The notes under the pieces: generated by a model
Databases searched by the model: none
What the model was told of the DNA's origin: nothing
The model's input: the letters and a program-made list of their open reading frames with translations, nothing else
Made by a program: the position numbers and the translations under genes
Assembly (NCBI GenBank): GCA_050084515.1
Contig: CM114271.1
Span: 28,520,001-28,584,000, forward strand
Direction of reading: 5' to 3'
DNA from: Blasia pusilla
Lineage: Eukaryota
DNA: 64,000 bases
Part shown: in pieces, positions 1 to 12,769 of the stretch
Numbering within the stretch: the first letter of the stretch is position 1
Layout: each line of letters opens with the position of its first letter

Positions 1-763
1 AAGACATGCTAAATTAGTTCAATTGAGATCTACTGAAGCTATTGTGAATGTTCCTTCGATGGAAGAATTACAACCACCCATTATCGATGACTCATCTGCC
101 ACAAATAGTAGAAGGTATTTATTTATGTATAACATTTCTACCTTTTCTTATAAATATATTTAGAATTATATTTCCTATTTTGACTTTTCTTATTCTTTGT
201 CCAGGTTGGGAGCAACACCTACCAATGGAAATCTTCATGCTTCAATAGACACTACATCATCTCCCATGTATGTTTCTTCCACTTATTAATTTCTTATTTT
301 TTATTGGTCTTTTTTGAAGTTGAATTTTTTTCTATAATTATTATGACTTGATTTTTATAAATATTTTTTTCTCAGTCTTCCACTTCCGTCCAACCCCCGA
401 GGATTACATGCTATGCTTCAAGTTGCACGAGCACAATGCTAGAGAAGGAGGCACAATCTTCTTCCTACAGAAGAAGTCAAGGCCATGACTACTAATGACT
501 TTCATGCTCAAGCTTATATAAGGTATGCTTAAATTTATAAGGTGGTCTTAAATTTTTATGAATGATTTCTAATAACAACATTTTATGCAGGCCAATATTG
601 GTACATCATGAAGTTGAAGCTATTCCAAACTCTAGGATTGTGGTTGTACCATCTCCAATGTATATTTCCAAATTATATACTCAAATTATAATATAGATAT
701 GTTTGTATGTATATTTATTTTTATTATAATCATATATATTAATTTCTTAACCTCTACTTGCAG

Positions 764-3700
764 TCTTCCAGTTCCTACCAATACTCTACAATTATGTCAC
801 ATGCGTCAAGTAGCTCCAGTTGAGGGCCAAAGAAGAAGACGTGCTCATTTGGATAAAGTACATGAGTTTACAGATGTTGGCGATCCGTTGATAAGGAGTG
901 ATGCCAATGGATCTAATCGTGAAGGCCACATGGAAGTGAATGAAGACAATGTACATGCCTCGATTCCAAATGTGGGATCTTTTTTGGATGAAGTACATGA
1001 GATTGCACATGTTGGCGATCTGCTGATAAGGAGTGATGCCATTGGAGCCAATTGTGAAGGCCACCTGGAAGGAAATGAAGACAATGTACATGTCTCAATT
1101 CCAAATGTGGGATCCAGAAGGGTTGTGAACTTGAAAAAGTTGCTTAATATTGCACGTATTCCTAACTTTGAAGAAAAGCACATTCGAATTCTTAGGTTGG
1201 GAGACCATATTGATAGTATGACTGGCCATTTTAGTGTTGGACTTATGAATGTTATTTGTCCGAGTTGCAATGCTCTACATTGGAAGTGTGAGAGAGTGAA
1301 GTATACTAGGTTTATAAGCTCGCCTTTTGGTATGTGTTGTGGGCATGGTAAGATTTAATTACCATATTTGACAGCTTCACCTTCTACACTAGCAGAATTA
1401 CTTTCTGGTAGGAGTTCAAATAGTCTTCATTTTTTGCGCAATGCACGTGCCTATAATAGTGCTCTTCAATTGGCATCTACTGGCGCCCATGTGACAGAGC
1501 AACGAGGTGGTACAAGAAACTTTAGGATTCAAGGTGGTGTATATCATTCTATTGGACCTCTTCATGCTGAAAGTAGTGCTCCTCCACAATTTGCGCAGAT
1601 TTATATTCATGATGATGAGCATCAGATGGAATATAGAAGAAGGATTATGAGTGGAGATTATCGGGAACAATTGAGGCGAGAGATCTTAAGGGGGTTACAA
1701 GATATGTTACATGCCCATAATCCATATGTGGATCTATTTCGAAATGTGGCTATTGATCCATGTAATTCTGACTTCCATATTGTTCTTAAGGGTAGTAAGC
1801 GAGGTCTCGATGCCAAACGATACACCTTGCCTGTTGCTTCAAAGATTGCAGCTATCTTGCCGGGAGATGGGAGTGAGCCAGTAGAAGGACGTGATATTAT
1901 TGTTCGCTTACATGGAGGAGGGATTCGTCATCTATCAGATCTGGATGAAGCCTATATCCCATTGCACTTTGTTTTGCCTTTTGTTTATGGTGAAGCAGGT
2001 TGGCATCTAGGGATACCTTTGCAAGTGCAACATGATCATAGATATGATGCGCCGTTAAGAGGGGATGCTATCATGGAGGAGGATGAAGATGATATTGTAC
2101 AAGGGGGAATGCAAGGTGAAGTTACCACTCATGAGGCGAGTTCAAAGACCATTACAGCTTTACAATTTGCTTCATTTAGACTTAAAATGCGAGCTAACGC
2201 TATGGATAATAATCGGTTGCTGAGGTTTGGTCGTCTTACTCAAGAATATATGGTGGATATGTATGCGACTATTGAAATGCAACGGCTAACTTGGATACGA
2301 GGTGATTTATACCAAGGTGTCACAGATGCCATGACTCGGCATGATGTGAACGGTCAAGGCTTAGGGAGACGTATTATCTTACCTTCGTCTTTCATAAGAG
2401 GACCCCGTCATATGCATCAATTGTACCATGATGCTATGGCCATTGTGAGACATTTTGGGAAGCCTGATTACTTTTTGACTATGACTTGCAACCCTAAATG
2501 GCCTGAGATTACTTCTGCTCTGCTTCATGGGCAATCATCGTCTGATCGTCCTGACCTGGTTGTACGTGTTTTCCAACAAAAGAAGAAGGAGTTATTGAGA
2601 CTTATATTGGATAAGCATATTTTGGGTCGAGTAGTAGGATCCATTCATGTAGTCGAGTTCAAAAAGAGAGGGCTACCACATGTGCATATCCTAATTATTC
2701 TTGCCTCTGAGGATAAGCCAAGGACAACCTCAGATTTTGACGATATTATATCTGCTGAGATCCCCAATCCTATCACTCATCCTAGGCTACATTCTATTGT
2801 AAGAAATTGTATGATTCATAGTCTGTGTGGAGTAACACATCCAACTGCACCTTGCACGGATAAAACGACAAAAATATGTTCCAAAGGATACCCAATGCCC
2901 TTTGCATCAATGACAATGGAGAATGAGGATGGATATCTTATTTATAAGAGGTAATTCATTGGTTTTGTTGTTTATTTCATGATTTAATGCTCTTTTATTA
3001 GTGTGTTATGTATTTCCTCAACAACTAACAAGCTCTATATGTGTTTATGCAGGCGTGATAATGGCAGATTGATTAATAAGTCAAATCATGACTTCGATAA
3101 TCGTTGGGTGGTTCCATACAATCCAATGTTATGTAGTTTATTTGATTGTCATATAAATTTGGAGATAACACATAGCATCTTGGCTGTAAAGTACTTTTAT
3201 AAGTATGTATACAAGGGATCTGATGCCATATCATATACCTTGGCAAATACTACATCATGCGAGGATACTATTGATGAGACATCATTATATCTTGATGCAA
3301 GGTATTTCGATCCTTCTATCTTTCAAAATCTCCCTATTTTTTCCTATGATATTATGTGGGAGCCTAAGAATATTTATATTATGTGGTATGAAGGTATGTT
3401 TCGTCTTCAGAAGCATGTTGGCGAATCTTCAAGTTTAGTCTACATGCAGAGCAACCAAGTATTGTGAGATTGATTGTTCATCTTCCAGACAGTCAAATGG
3501 TATATTTTCATGGGCAAGATTCATTGGGTAATATTCTGGAGCGAAGTAAGGAAACCTCTCTCACTCAATGGTTTGCAACAAATGTTTCTGATTCGACTAC
3601 GCGACAATATCTTTATTTGGAGTTCCCTTCTCATTACTCTTGGAATAAGAAGCAATGACATCTGCGTAAACGTGCAAGAAAAGGATGTGGACATCCTATT

Positions 3701-4300
3701 GGACGTTTGTATATAACAAACCCAGGAAAAATTTCTATTCTCTGTTAGATTACAATTATTAAGGAAAAATTTTAGTTAAAGTTATAAACACATTCGTGCT
3801 TCCTTCCTCATATTTTTTTTGGCTAATCCTAGCTGAAGGGGAGCGTCATTGGTTACGATTACTTCTCCATCATGTGAGAGGAGCTCAATCATATAAAGAT
3901 TTGAGAACTATCGATGGTGTAGTTTATCCTACCTTCAAAGAGAGTGCTATTCAAATGGGACTTTTGGAGGACGATAGAGAGATCTTTTCTTGCTTTGAAG
4001 AGGCGGTTGTCATTCGCACTGGCTATTCATTACGTCTACTCTTTGCCATCAGTCTTCTATATAATACACCTTCTCTTCCGGCTATAGTGTGGGAATATTT
4101 TTTGGTTCCATTAACTGAAGATCTTCTACATCAAAAGCGTGAGGTAATATGCATGCTTTTTGTTAAGTTCATTTTTCTCTTACGAGTTTTTTAATGTATT
4201 TTATTTATGTTTTAACTTCTATATTTGTTCCTTGTAACAGAGAATTGGTATTCCGACCCTTCCATTGGATGTTCACATTATTAATCTTGCATTATTGGAG
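764..4300 (+). pseudogene. Helitron RepHel, Rep/HUH portion (spliced, disrupted)
   Basis: Motifs: CPSC..CCGHGK Zn motif, FRIQGGVYHSIG, FAQIYIHD, LPSSFIRGPRHM, GKPDYFLTMTCNPKWPEI (motif 1), VVEFKKRGLPHVHILI (HUH) and YFYKYVYKG (Y2). Short AT-rich GT-AG introns and in-frame stops are present. Confidence 0.92.
849..1113 (+). repeat. 135-bp (45-codon) in-frame tandem duplication in the Helitron N-terminal region
   Basis: LDKVHEFTDVGDPLIRSDANG...HASIPNVGS is repeated as LDEVHEIAHVGDLLIRSDAIG...HVSIPNVGS, offset 135 nt. Confidence 0.9.
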
Positions 4301-5387
4301 GTCCATTACCATCCCATATGAAGAAGTAAAGGTTCCACATCCAGCTAAATTTGGTTCCTTCAATCGCTCTTCTGAACTCTTGATCTCTCATCCTCCAGAA
4401 AGTATCCAGCGCCTCCAAGTCCTCTTCCGTCACCAGCGCTTGAGTTCCATGTTCATCGTAAGGCCGAACAAAGAACGGAGGGAAGCTGTTGAGGTAGGAT
4501 GCAGTCGCTGCTGACTGTTTAAGCTTTGCAATGTCCTCCTCCGACTGAATTTTGCGGACGTACTCCATTGTCCGCAGTTGACAGAGTGGAATTCTCGGGG
4601 GGTTCTGGCCCTCCATCAGTGCCATCTGCTTAACAACCTGCCACAATGGGGACCAAGTCAATAAAATACAGTATTTTGCCAATGAATTGCATAATGAGCC
4701 TTCACATAACTCAAAATTTTCTTACCCGCTCAAAGATTGGGTTGGTGTCCATGCCTGCCAACTGCTCTAGGATAGCAGCTGGCAAGTCCAAGGGAAAGTC
4801 ATCGATCCGATAAAGGTCGATTTCTTCCACATGGCTCAAAGACGACGAAGACTCTTCTCTTGCTTCTTCAAAGATGTCCACCATCTCCACACTTGCTGTC
4901 CTTATGACCTCATCGTCCGTCACTTGAACTTCGGCTGTTTCCTCAGCTGATTTTAGATTCATGGTGTTTCTCCGATGAATCTAAAATCTAAAATGCACCT
5001 CATCGGAGACATTTCCTGCATCTCAACACTCTCTGTTGGATGGGCAGGGCTTTCTTCAATGGCGATTGCTTTTTCCCTTCGAGCTTTCGCCAATTCTGCT
5101 CTCCTCACAGAGGCGTCAAGACGCTTCTTCTCGCGTTTTTCATCTGCGACTCTTTTCTTCAAGGCCTTTGATGCCTCAGCCTCGGCGTTTTGCTTAGCGA
5201 GCTCCTCTAGAACACGTTTTGCTATAACCTTCTGCCTGTGCATATCTGCTTCCCTTTCCCGCTCCTATATTCCTTGTTGCCTTATCTCATTCGTCGAACG
5301 AGGACCTGGAGTTGGTGACGCAGGAGTCCTGATGGACTTGGGAGTGATGCTTCCTACCTTGGTTGCTTGTGTTTTCTTTCTCGTCAT
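4301..5387 (-). pseudogene. Accessory gene of copy 1, 5' part: charged N-terminus plus first part of a ParB/Srx-like domain
   Basis: ATG at 5387 (MTRKKTQATK). Predicted intron 4725-4638 (GTAAG...CAG). Exon 2 reads RIPLCQLRTMEYVRKIQSEEDIAKLK..SY...FFV...LYFFIWDGN and is truncated at 4301. Confidence 0.75.
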
Positions 5388-5785
5388 GGTGCACGTTGGG
5401 TCAATTCTTCTTCCTCGATAGTCTAATCTGCTCCTATGCATGATAGCTCCCTCGAATCGTTTCGTGATGAAGCGTCGTGATCCTAAACCCAACTCTCTTA
5501 GAGTTTCGTGATGAAGCGCCCTGACCCTCTAGTGGATGGGCTTGTCGAAGTTGGATGCTGGATTTTTGAAGCCTTCCAGCCAAGTGGTGATGTAACCGAG
5601 TTTGGCAGCAGAAAGATAACGTCATTTGCTGTGAGGAAGAGCACATGAAATCACGAAATGAAAAACGGAGATGATCGAAACCTCAGCCTTTTATACTTTT
5701 TGAGCCGTTGAGCTGACCGATGGATCGTTGGGTCGTACCGACGGCGACGTGTTGGCCGTTATGGAACTTTGCACGTAGGAACTCA

Positions 5786-6140
5786 GGCAACCCATCGGTC
5801 TCCGACGGGTTGCACGCTTCCCTCGTCTTGGGGATGCAAGGCGAGTTACCGAGGCAACCTGTCCGAGATCGACGGGTTGCACGTATCCCTCATCCTCGGG
5901 TTGCATGCGTACAATCCGTCGGTCTCCGACGGGTTGCATGCTTCCCCCATCTTGGGGTAACAAGGCGAGGTACCCGCGCAACCTGTCGGAGACCGACGGG
6001 TTGCACTCTTCCCCCGTCTTGGGATAACAAGACAAGGTACCCGGGCAACCCATCGGAGACCGACGGATTGTACGCTTCCCTCATCTTGGGGTAACAAGGT
6101 GAGGTACCCGGGCAACCCCTTGGAGACCGACAGGTTGCAC
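5786..6140. repeat. Tandem array (about 65-bp units) of a 27-bp palindrome in the copy 1 intergenic region
   Basis: Repeated units of GCAACCCRTCGGNNNCCGACGGGTTGCAC-GCTTCCCTCRTCTTGGG. Confidence 0.9.
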
Positions 6141-6773
6141 GCTTTCCTCGTCCTCGGGTAACCATACGACAAAGCATCGTCCTGAGGCAAGCCGTTGCCC
6201 TTCGACGAGTTACAAGGTCTACCTTGGGTTGGACACTTCCCATCATAGGGAAAAACTGCACTCACGGTTTGCACGGTTCATTGGACAAGAGAAATCAACG
6301 CGAGATCCAAAAGGGAAAGCGAGGTTAGGTGCCTTTCAAACCCATCGTAGTCCCCAACGGGTTGCCGTAGCAAATCCATGCAATGTCTCCTGTCTCGATG
6401 TTAGCAAATCCCGACTCCAATCACACAGGTTAGACAGGCACGGGGTACCAACCCAACGGACTCCGACGGGTTGCAAGTTGCTCTCGGACTCTTATAGATG
6501 ATGGTACTCTGTGGCTTTGCAACGCACGTGTCTGAGTCCCAAATTTTGCAACCCGTCGGACTCCAACAGGTTGCAACAGGATTGAATTCATTCCGTTAGA
6601 CAATCTTACCTACCAAACAACATCTTGTCTGTCGAATTCTGTCAGGACCAAACGGTCTGCTATCACTATTCACTATAAATTAAACATTTTCATTTTCATT
6701 CCCATTCCCATTCTCATTCTTATTCTTATTCTCATTCTCATTCTCATTCTCCACCCGGTGGAATCATCTGGGA

Positions 6774-7531
6774 ATGGATAATTATGTGAAACTCACTTGT
6801 GGTAGTCATCTAGCGGCCCTTCCTCAATCAAGAATAGTTTGACAGCAAGCTCGTGAATCTTTCATACCAGTGGATAAAAATTTCCTCTTAGTGTGATTTC
6901 TTCTCCAAATTGGAACAATCTTTGTTTCCAAGGATGTTAGGGTGGACAGTACGGAGGACATTGTAGGTGAGACAGTCCAGCCAGTGATAGCAGACCGTAA
7001 AGTTTGGAATCTCCTACCCCTAAAAAATGGTCAATACAGAGTTTATGGCTTGCCTCTGAATTCCTCTGTTTCCCAAGTAGACGGTCCAGAATTTCCTAGT
7101 GCACCGAGCTCTACGTTTGCCACTCCAAGCTTAGTAGACTTCACACGTTTGTAACAATGTTGTACTTCTTGAAGACATTTCGGATGTCGTCAACTTCACT
7201 GGAACTGTCGCACACCAACCGGGTCCTCTATCCGCCTACTTGTTCCTCTTGCGAGTATTAGGCAATAGTTTGTTGTCATCTCTGCCCTTTAAAATGTTCA
7301 AGCACATTCTTGTCGAAGAGTTGCCGCCCACGTACGATGGTAATTGCATTTTTGAGTTGCCTCCACTTGCTGGTCTTGCTCAAAAGAAAGATGGAGGACG
7401 CTTGAAGGGTATGGACAAAAAGTATGATTGTCATCGATGGTGCATGCTTCAACGGACTAGTGCTTCAATTCCAAATGGTCCTTGGATTGTTTCTCGCCGC
7501 CAATGCGTTGGAGCCGTGGAGTGTAGAAGTC
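6774..7531 (+). pseudogene. MULE-like transposase of copy 1, 5' part
   Basis: ATG at 6774 (MDNYVKLTCGSHL, as in copy 2). TATAAA at about 6674 and an (ATTCTC)n leader precede it. Contains stops and a deletion, and is cut by the insertion. Confidence 0.88.
7523..7531 (+). other. Left 9-bp target-site duplication GTAGAAGTC
   Basis: Identical 9-mer at 18990-18998. The 9-mer is single at the equivalent position of copy 2's own uninterrupted transposase (GTGTAGAAGTCCAGC near 15384-15398). Confidence 0.95.
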
Positions 7532-9988
7532 GGGGGCTGGTATTCTGGCAAGAGAGAGGAAGAGAGGAGAGTCTCTCTTCAAAAAAAAGGGCCAAATCCG
7601 CCTCCTCTCTTCAAAACTTTTTGACATATTTGAAATTTTTGTTTGCTTTCAAATTCATGAAATCTTTAGAAGAGAGTAGGTAGTGGTCCACGTTCGGGCC
7701 TAAAGAAACCTCCTTTTTTCAGGGGGCGAAAAACTAGTAGACATCATAAGACCACTACAAAAATTTTCCCATCACTCGATCTACATGTGAGCCCAAGTTT
7801 TTTCACATTGCCTGTCTCAGTCTACAGTAAGCTATGCCCAGGGCTATTTTTTTCGGAGGACCATTGGCAAATAATGTGACCAGAAGTAGCAATCTCATCT
7901 CAACACAGGAGACGATAATTAAACCAAAAGATTGTTAGCTATCTGGAGTAAAGAGAAATCGATGTCCCTTTGTTCAGATCCTAAATCTGATAAACTGAGA
8001 TGTTGCACCCCTCCCAATCCGTCGGAATTTTACAGGTTCCAACTCTTGCAACCCGTCAGAATCAGATGGCTTGCACCCCTTGCAAGCAAGCTCACCATAA
8101 CAAAGCAAAGATTTTGAGAAGTGATTCCATTTCACCCTGCACCCATGAAAATTCAACTGTTTGGGATTCCGAAATGGCAATCCGACAGGTTATAGGAATC
8201 CAACACGTCTTAGAGAAGAAAAGAAGCCTAAGACTGGTTTGACGATACTAGGGGAACGAGCCAAAAGTGAAGAAGCCCGCCACAATGCCTCAGAATTTGG
8301 TCTACCAGGGAAAGAGTCCGACCACTCAAGCAGCCAACCTGTCGAAATCCGACAGCTTGCCTGGAAATGGTTGAAAAGTTGCAGTGGTCAAAAAGTGAAA
8401 AGTTGAAACCCGTCGGAATCACACGGGTTGCAAAATAAACATTCTGAGTAGCTAGACGAACACAATCCACAAGTCCAAAAATATTTTCTGCAAACTTTTA
8501 CAAACACCATTATCGGTTGAAAAAATCTCGTCCTTTATTACCTCCGAAGGAACCTCGGAAATGTACATTTGATCTAGTCTATGATTTCTTCAGCCTCATC
8601 ATCCACAAATTTACTCCTAACTCTCCTAGGTTCCTGTACAAAAGGAATGTCCTGGGATACAAGTGGCTCCTCTGGCCGATTGTAGACGGGGATTGAAAAT
8701 ATTGGCGAATTCGAGAGCCTTGGCCCCCCCCTAGGTACCCCATAACGGTCCCATGTAACCTGATTTGAGTCCCACCGCCTTCCTCGGCAGTATATGTTGT
8801 ACGCTCTGCAATGTGACACCCATCCAGTATCAATATGTGCTCCGTCCTTGGAAATACCATGATGGCAATCCCACAGGTAGTAGGAATCCAACACGTCTGA
8901 GAGAAAAGAAGAAGCCTACGCCTTGTTTGACGATACTAGGGGAAGGTGCCAAAGTAAAGAATCCCGCCAGAATGCCTCTAAAGTTGGACCAACACGGAAA
9001 GAGTCCGATCACTCACGCAGCCAACCTGTCGGAATCCGACAGGTTTCCTGGAAGTGGTTAAAAAATAGAATTCCTCGGAGTACATAGATGATCACATTCG
9101 AAAAGACATAAAAGATATTCAGCAAACTTTTAGAAACACCACCATCGTTCGAAAAAATCTTGTCCTTTATTACATCCGAAAGAAGCTCGGAACTGTACAT
9201 TTGATCTTTTCTATGATTTTTTTTGCCCTCGTCATCAAATAAATCCCTACTCCAAACGCTGCAGTCAAGCTGGGTCCTTGAGTTCTTTGAACTCACTCGT
9301 CATTGTCCGATAGCTCTCGCAAAATTACTGTCGGCCTTGCCCTCCCGATTTTTGGAATTGTGGGAAGTGACAATGGTGTCACTACCAGTGGTGGGTCTAG
9401 AACCGGAGCTCTCGGCTTCGGAGGAGAGTTGTACGCCCCAACTAGCCTGTCGTAATCTGCCTTTGCCTCCTTGCAAAGGTCAAACAGTTGCTGCCTTCCC
9501 TCAAGGCAGAGAATGTTCCTACCACTATGCCAGGCGCCTCTGATACTCGCCCCTGAAAGGCCCACTAAGTCGGACATCAGGTCACCCGACCTTGAGCAGA
9601 GCTTGATGAGCGTTTGCATCAGGGCTGGCGACTTTTCCCTTCCTCCAAGTAAGGGGGTACCGTCTTGCATGTAAATTCCCGAGGGGGGAGCGGGGAATTG
9701 TATAAACTATCTAAGGTGTACCCATCGGAGCATGGATCCACAGGATCCATGATCTTAAAAACCTGGAAGTTGTGCTCGGGCCAAACAAAGCAGTAAACAT
9801 AGGAGTGGTCCATCTGTAAGGATGCACGTTGGAAACAATGTCAGCACCAAGAAAGAGCTACTTGACCACTGGTCTACTTTCAGTATGGTGACATAATGTG
9901 CAACACGTCCCCAAAGAACTTCTCTTAACCCCAGAGAACTTCGCTATAATCTTAACATTGGAGCAACCTGTCGGAGTCCGACGGGTTG

Positions 9989-10347
9989 TTTTTGTCCATG
10001 AGCAACCCGTCGGAAGGTGACAGGTTGCTGGCTTAGAGCAGCCCATGGTTGGCTGAGAGCAACCCGTCGCTTTCCGACGGGTTGCATCATTCCAGAAACA
10101 TAGGGAAAATGCATTACCACCTGCAACCCGTCCGGTCGAGGGGGCCCCATAAAAAGCATGCATGAAGGGAATCAAACTCGCAATAGGACCCCCTGCGAGT
10201 TCCGACGGGTTGCAGGTGGTAATGCGTTTTCCCTGTGTTTCTAGAATGATGCAACCCGTTGGAAAGCGACGGCTTGCTCTCAGCCAACCATGGGCTGCTC
10301 TAAGCCAGCAACCTGTCGCCTTTCGATGGGTTGCTCATGGACAAAAA
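9989..10347. repeat. Long inverted repeat (about 160-bp arms, about 40-nt spacer) inside an intron
   Basis: TTTTTGTCCATGAGCAACCC...CATTACCACCTGCAACCCGTC is mirrored by GACGGGTTGCAGGTGGTAATG...GGTTGCTCATGGACAAAAA. Confidence 0.93.
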
Positions 10348-12769
10348 GAATCCGTCGGAGAAATACAATCTAGAGACAGGAATAGAGCCTTACCCGAATT
10401 TGACTCGTCGCAGATTGGAGTGGGTACTCGTTCTTGATGATCCACGATTGCGCCGTCCTCCACTTCAGCGACCTCTTGACCCACTGGAGGTTGAAAAGCT
10501 TGTCCTCGCTCCCTCCAGTCAAAACTAAGAAACAGCCCCTGTCATTGAGATAAGCGTCTGCAAAGGAAACAGGAGTGCGATCTGGTCATAAGAAAGGGGG
10601 ACATTCAAGTCTGGGACCCCGTCGGACGGATTCTCGTCCCACAAGCGCAACCCCGAGGGCAAATCAGCGACCAGCAGATCCACCGCTACCTCTTCGACCA
10701 CCCCATGGACCGTCCAGGGAGCGTGCCCGTTTTGTTGAAGCTTCCGTCCCAGCGTTGTCAATTTCTCGATGGCGGATGTCGACGCTTGGGAACTGAAACT
10801 TTTCAGCTCATCCAGTAGATTCGTGTGGTGAAGGATGACGCTTGTTCAGGTCATTGTTTCTCTATGTCTTCCCAAGGATGATGGACTGTATTCCACATCC
10901 TGGTCTGCTCCCTGGGACAACCCCGGCGCCTCTTCCTTCCGCTTCTCTCGAGTCTGCGGTTGGCTTGTTGGGGTCTCTATGACCTCAGACTCTGGTGGAG
11001 TTTTTTTTGCGGAGGACCTGGTCCGACCCTCTCTCCCCGCTCGCCCGGACGATTCCGGCTCTTGCCTTGAATTTTTAGCCTCTCTTTGGGAAGACTCGGC
11101 CTCGGAATTCTTCAATCCCCTTGCCTTGGCTTTGAGACCCGCTGTAGATTTGTCCTTGGGTGTGACAACCTTGGACTCCAACTCCGTTGTCTCAGGGCTT
11201 GGTCTTCCGCATCTCCTTCGAAAAAGTCTTCAGGTTGCACAAAATTGGGGATGTCGTCCCTACCTGCGGCCACTGCATCATAAAGCAGGCGTAGATCTTT
11301 CTCGGTTATGTTCTCAGGGTCGTTCAAGTCCAGCCAAATCCTCCTAAACAATAAAAATATTTACATGAGGAGGGACGTTCGGGCAATTCTCCACCTCCCA
11401 ATCGGACATGCTTTGAGCCATCTCCGTGTCGTATATGGAAAATGTCTCTCCATCACGCAGAGAAGCCCACAATTTTCAGGCTGCCGGTTATTTTTGCCAT
11501 GTACCTGCATTCTTACAATGGACGAGGTACCTGAACACCATGCGTTGGGCAGCTCTTAGTCGAGATGCATCGTCCGCCTGCTCCTGAAGATCTCGCTTCT
11601 TCTTTGCGAGATCCCTTTTTTTCGCCTCGATTTCTTCGTCAAGGTCTGCCTGAGGGAGGATGCGATCCTTGGACATCGTCCTGAAACCTGGGTTTTTTAT
11701 GGGCTTGTCCCGGATGTCATCCAACCAAAGTTCAAAATCATCAGCACTCTCCAGGTTTGCTTCCTCCGGAAGTGGCTCTATTCTTTTCAGCTCCGCTTGG
11801 AGACCCACGAGCATGGACTTCCCGAAAAGCCGCAACGCGTCCCAGAATGACCATTCCCGGATCCAGTGGGAGATCACTGGAACTGAGACACCTGGAGGAT
11901 GGTGTGCCGCCCTCTTTTGGGCCTATGTGCCCTCGAGACTGATTTTCATTAGTTGTATTCTCCTAAATTTGCTTATTCCAGACAAGGCAAATCGATGCAC
12001 GCGATCGAGAGACACATTCTCCCCAATCCGACCTTACGGATCTTCATCCCTTTTCCTCTGGCGCTTGATTATCGCCTTCAGCTCCTTGTAGAAATCAGGA
12101 CAAAGTTCCGGGTTGAGAATGGCGATGTAGCACTGCATCTTGCTTGCCGTGTACTTTGTAGCTGCAGATACTGCAGCTTGGATGAATTTTGCACGCTCAG
12201 ACACAGACACTTTCTCCCTCCAATGCAGCGCTCTTCTTGGCGGCCTGTATCTTCGACCAGCAAAGGATTGTGACGCCTGCATCTTGGGAAATAAATTTAT
12301 TTGCCCAAGTCTTCTTTTTGATTTGTGCACCCTTTGCCAGCATCTCATTTACAAGGGCATCGCCCAAGAACCCCTTGTACTCTGCCGGGTGCGTCGTTAG
12401 CACTTTCTTCACCCGATCGCAATCCTGGATCCAGCGGCGGGTGACAGTCCCCTCCGATAAAATCTTGCACATCCAAACTCAATATAAGAAATTTTGTAAG
12501 GTACATGGGTTCCAACAACCCGTCGGACTCCGACATGTCGTCACAGCTCATGGTTGGATTGTAGCAACGAGCTAAATTTTGCAAGCCATTGGAGTCTGAC
12601 GGATTGCATTCAGATTTGTGATTGCCTGGTTTCAACCCGTCGGACTCCAACGGGTTGTCAGATAGTCCGTATTTACATAGTGGTTACCGCGAGAAAAGTG
12701 AACATATCAACCCGTCGGAGCCGACAAGTTGCGCGATTTCAATGAAAGCTGCACTTTGACGCCAAAAAT

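Larger units (their letters stand above)
1..4300 (+). mobile_element. Helitron (rolling-circle transposon), 3'-truncated; 5' end not identified
   Basis: Rep ORFs at 699-1358, 1368-2954, 3003-3467, 3464-3658 and 3796-4194. Coding-like sequence (RIGIPTLPLDVHIINLALLE) stops abruptly at about 4300. No PIF1 helicase follows. Confidence 0.93.
4301..7531 (+). mobile_element. Mutator-like element copy 1, left segment (left end lost; interrupted at 7531 by copy 2)
   Basis: Homologous to about 13400-15394 of copy 2. The transposase frame ...ECRS resumes as CRSPACPYLERNG at 18990. Confidence 0.9.

Noticed and set aside
5691-6501. Many overlapping ORFs with repeated NPSxSDGL/ATRRxPTG peptides (also 12345-13064 and 20348-21104)
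   Set aside because: They are translations of the GC-rich palindrome arrays, open in several frames on both strands.
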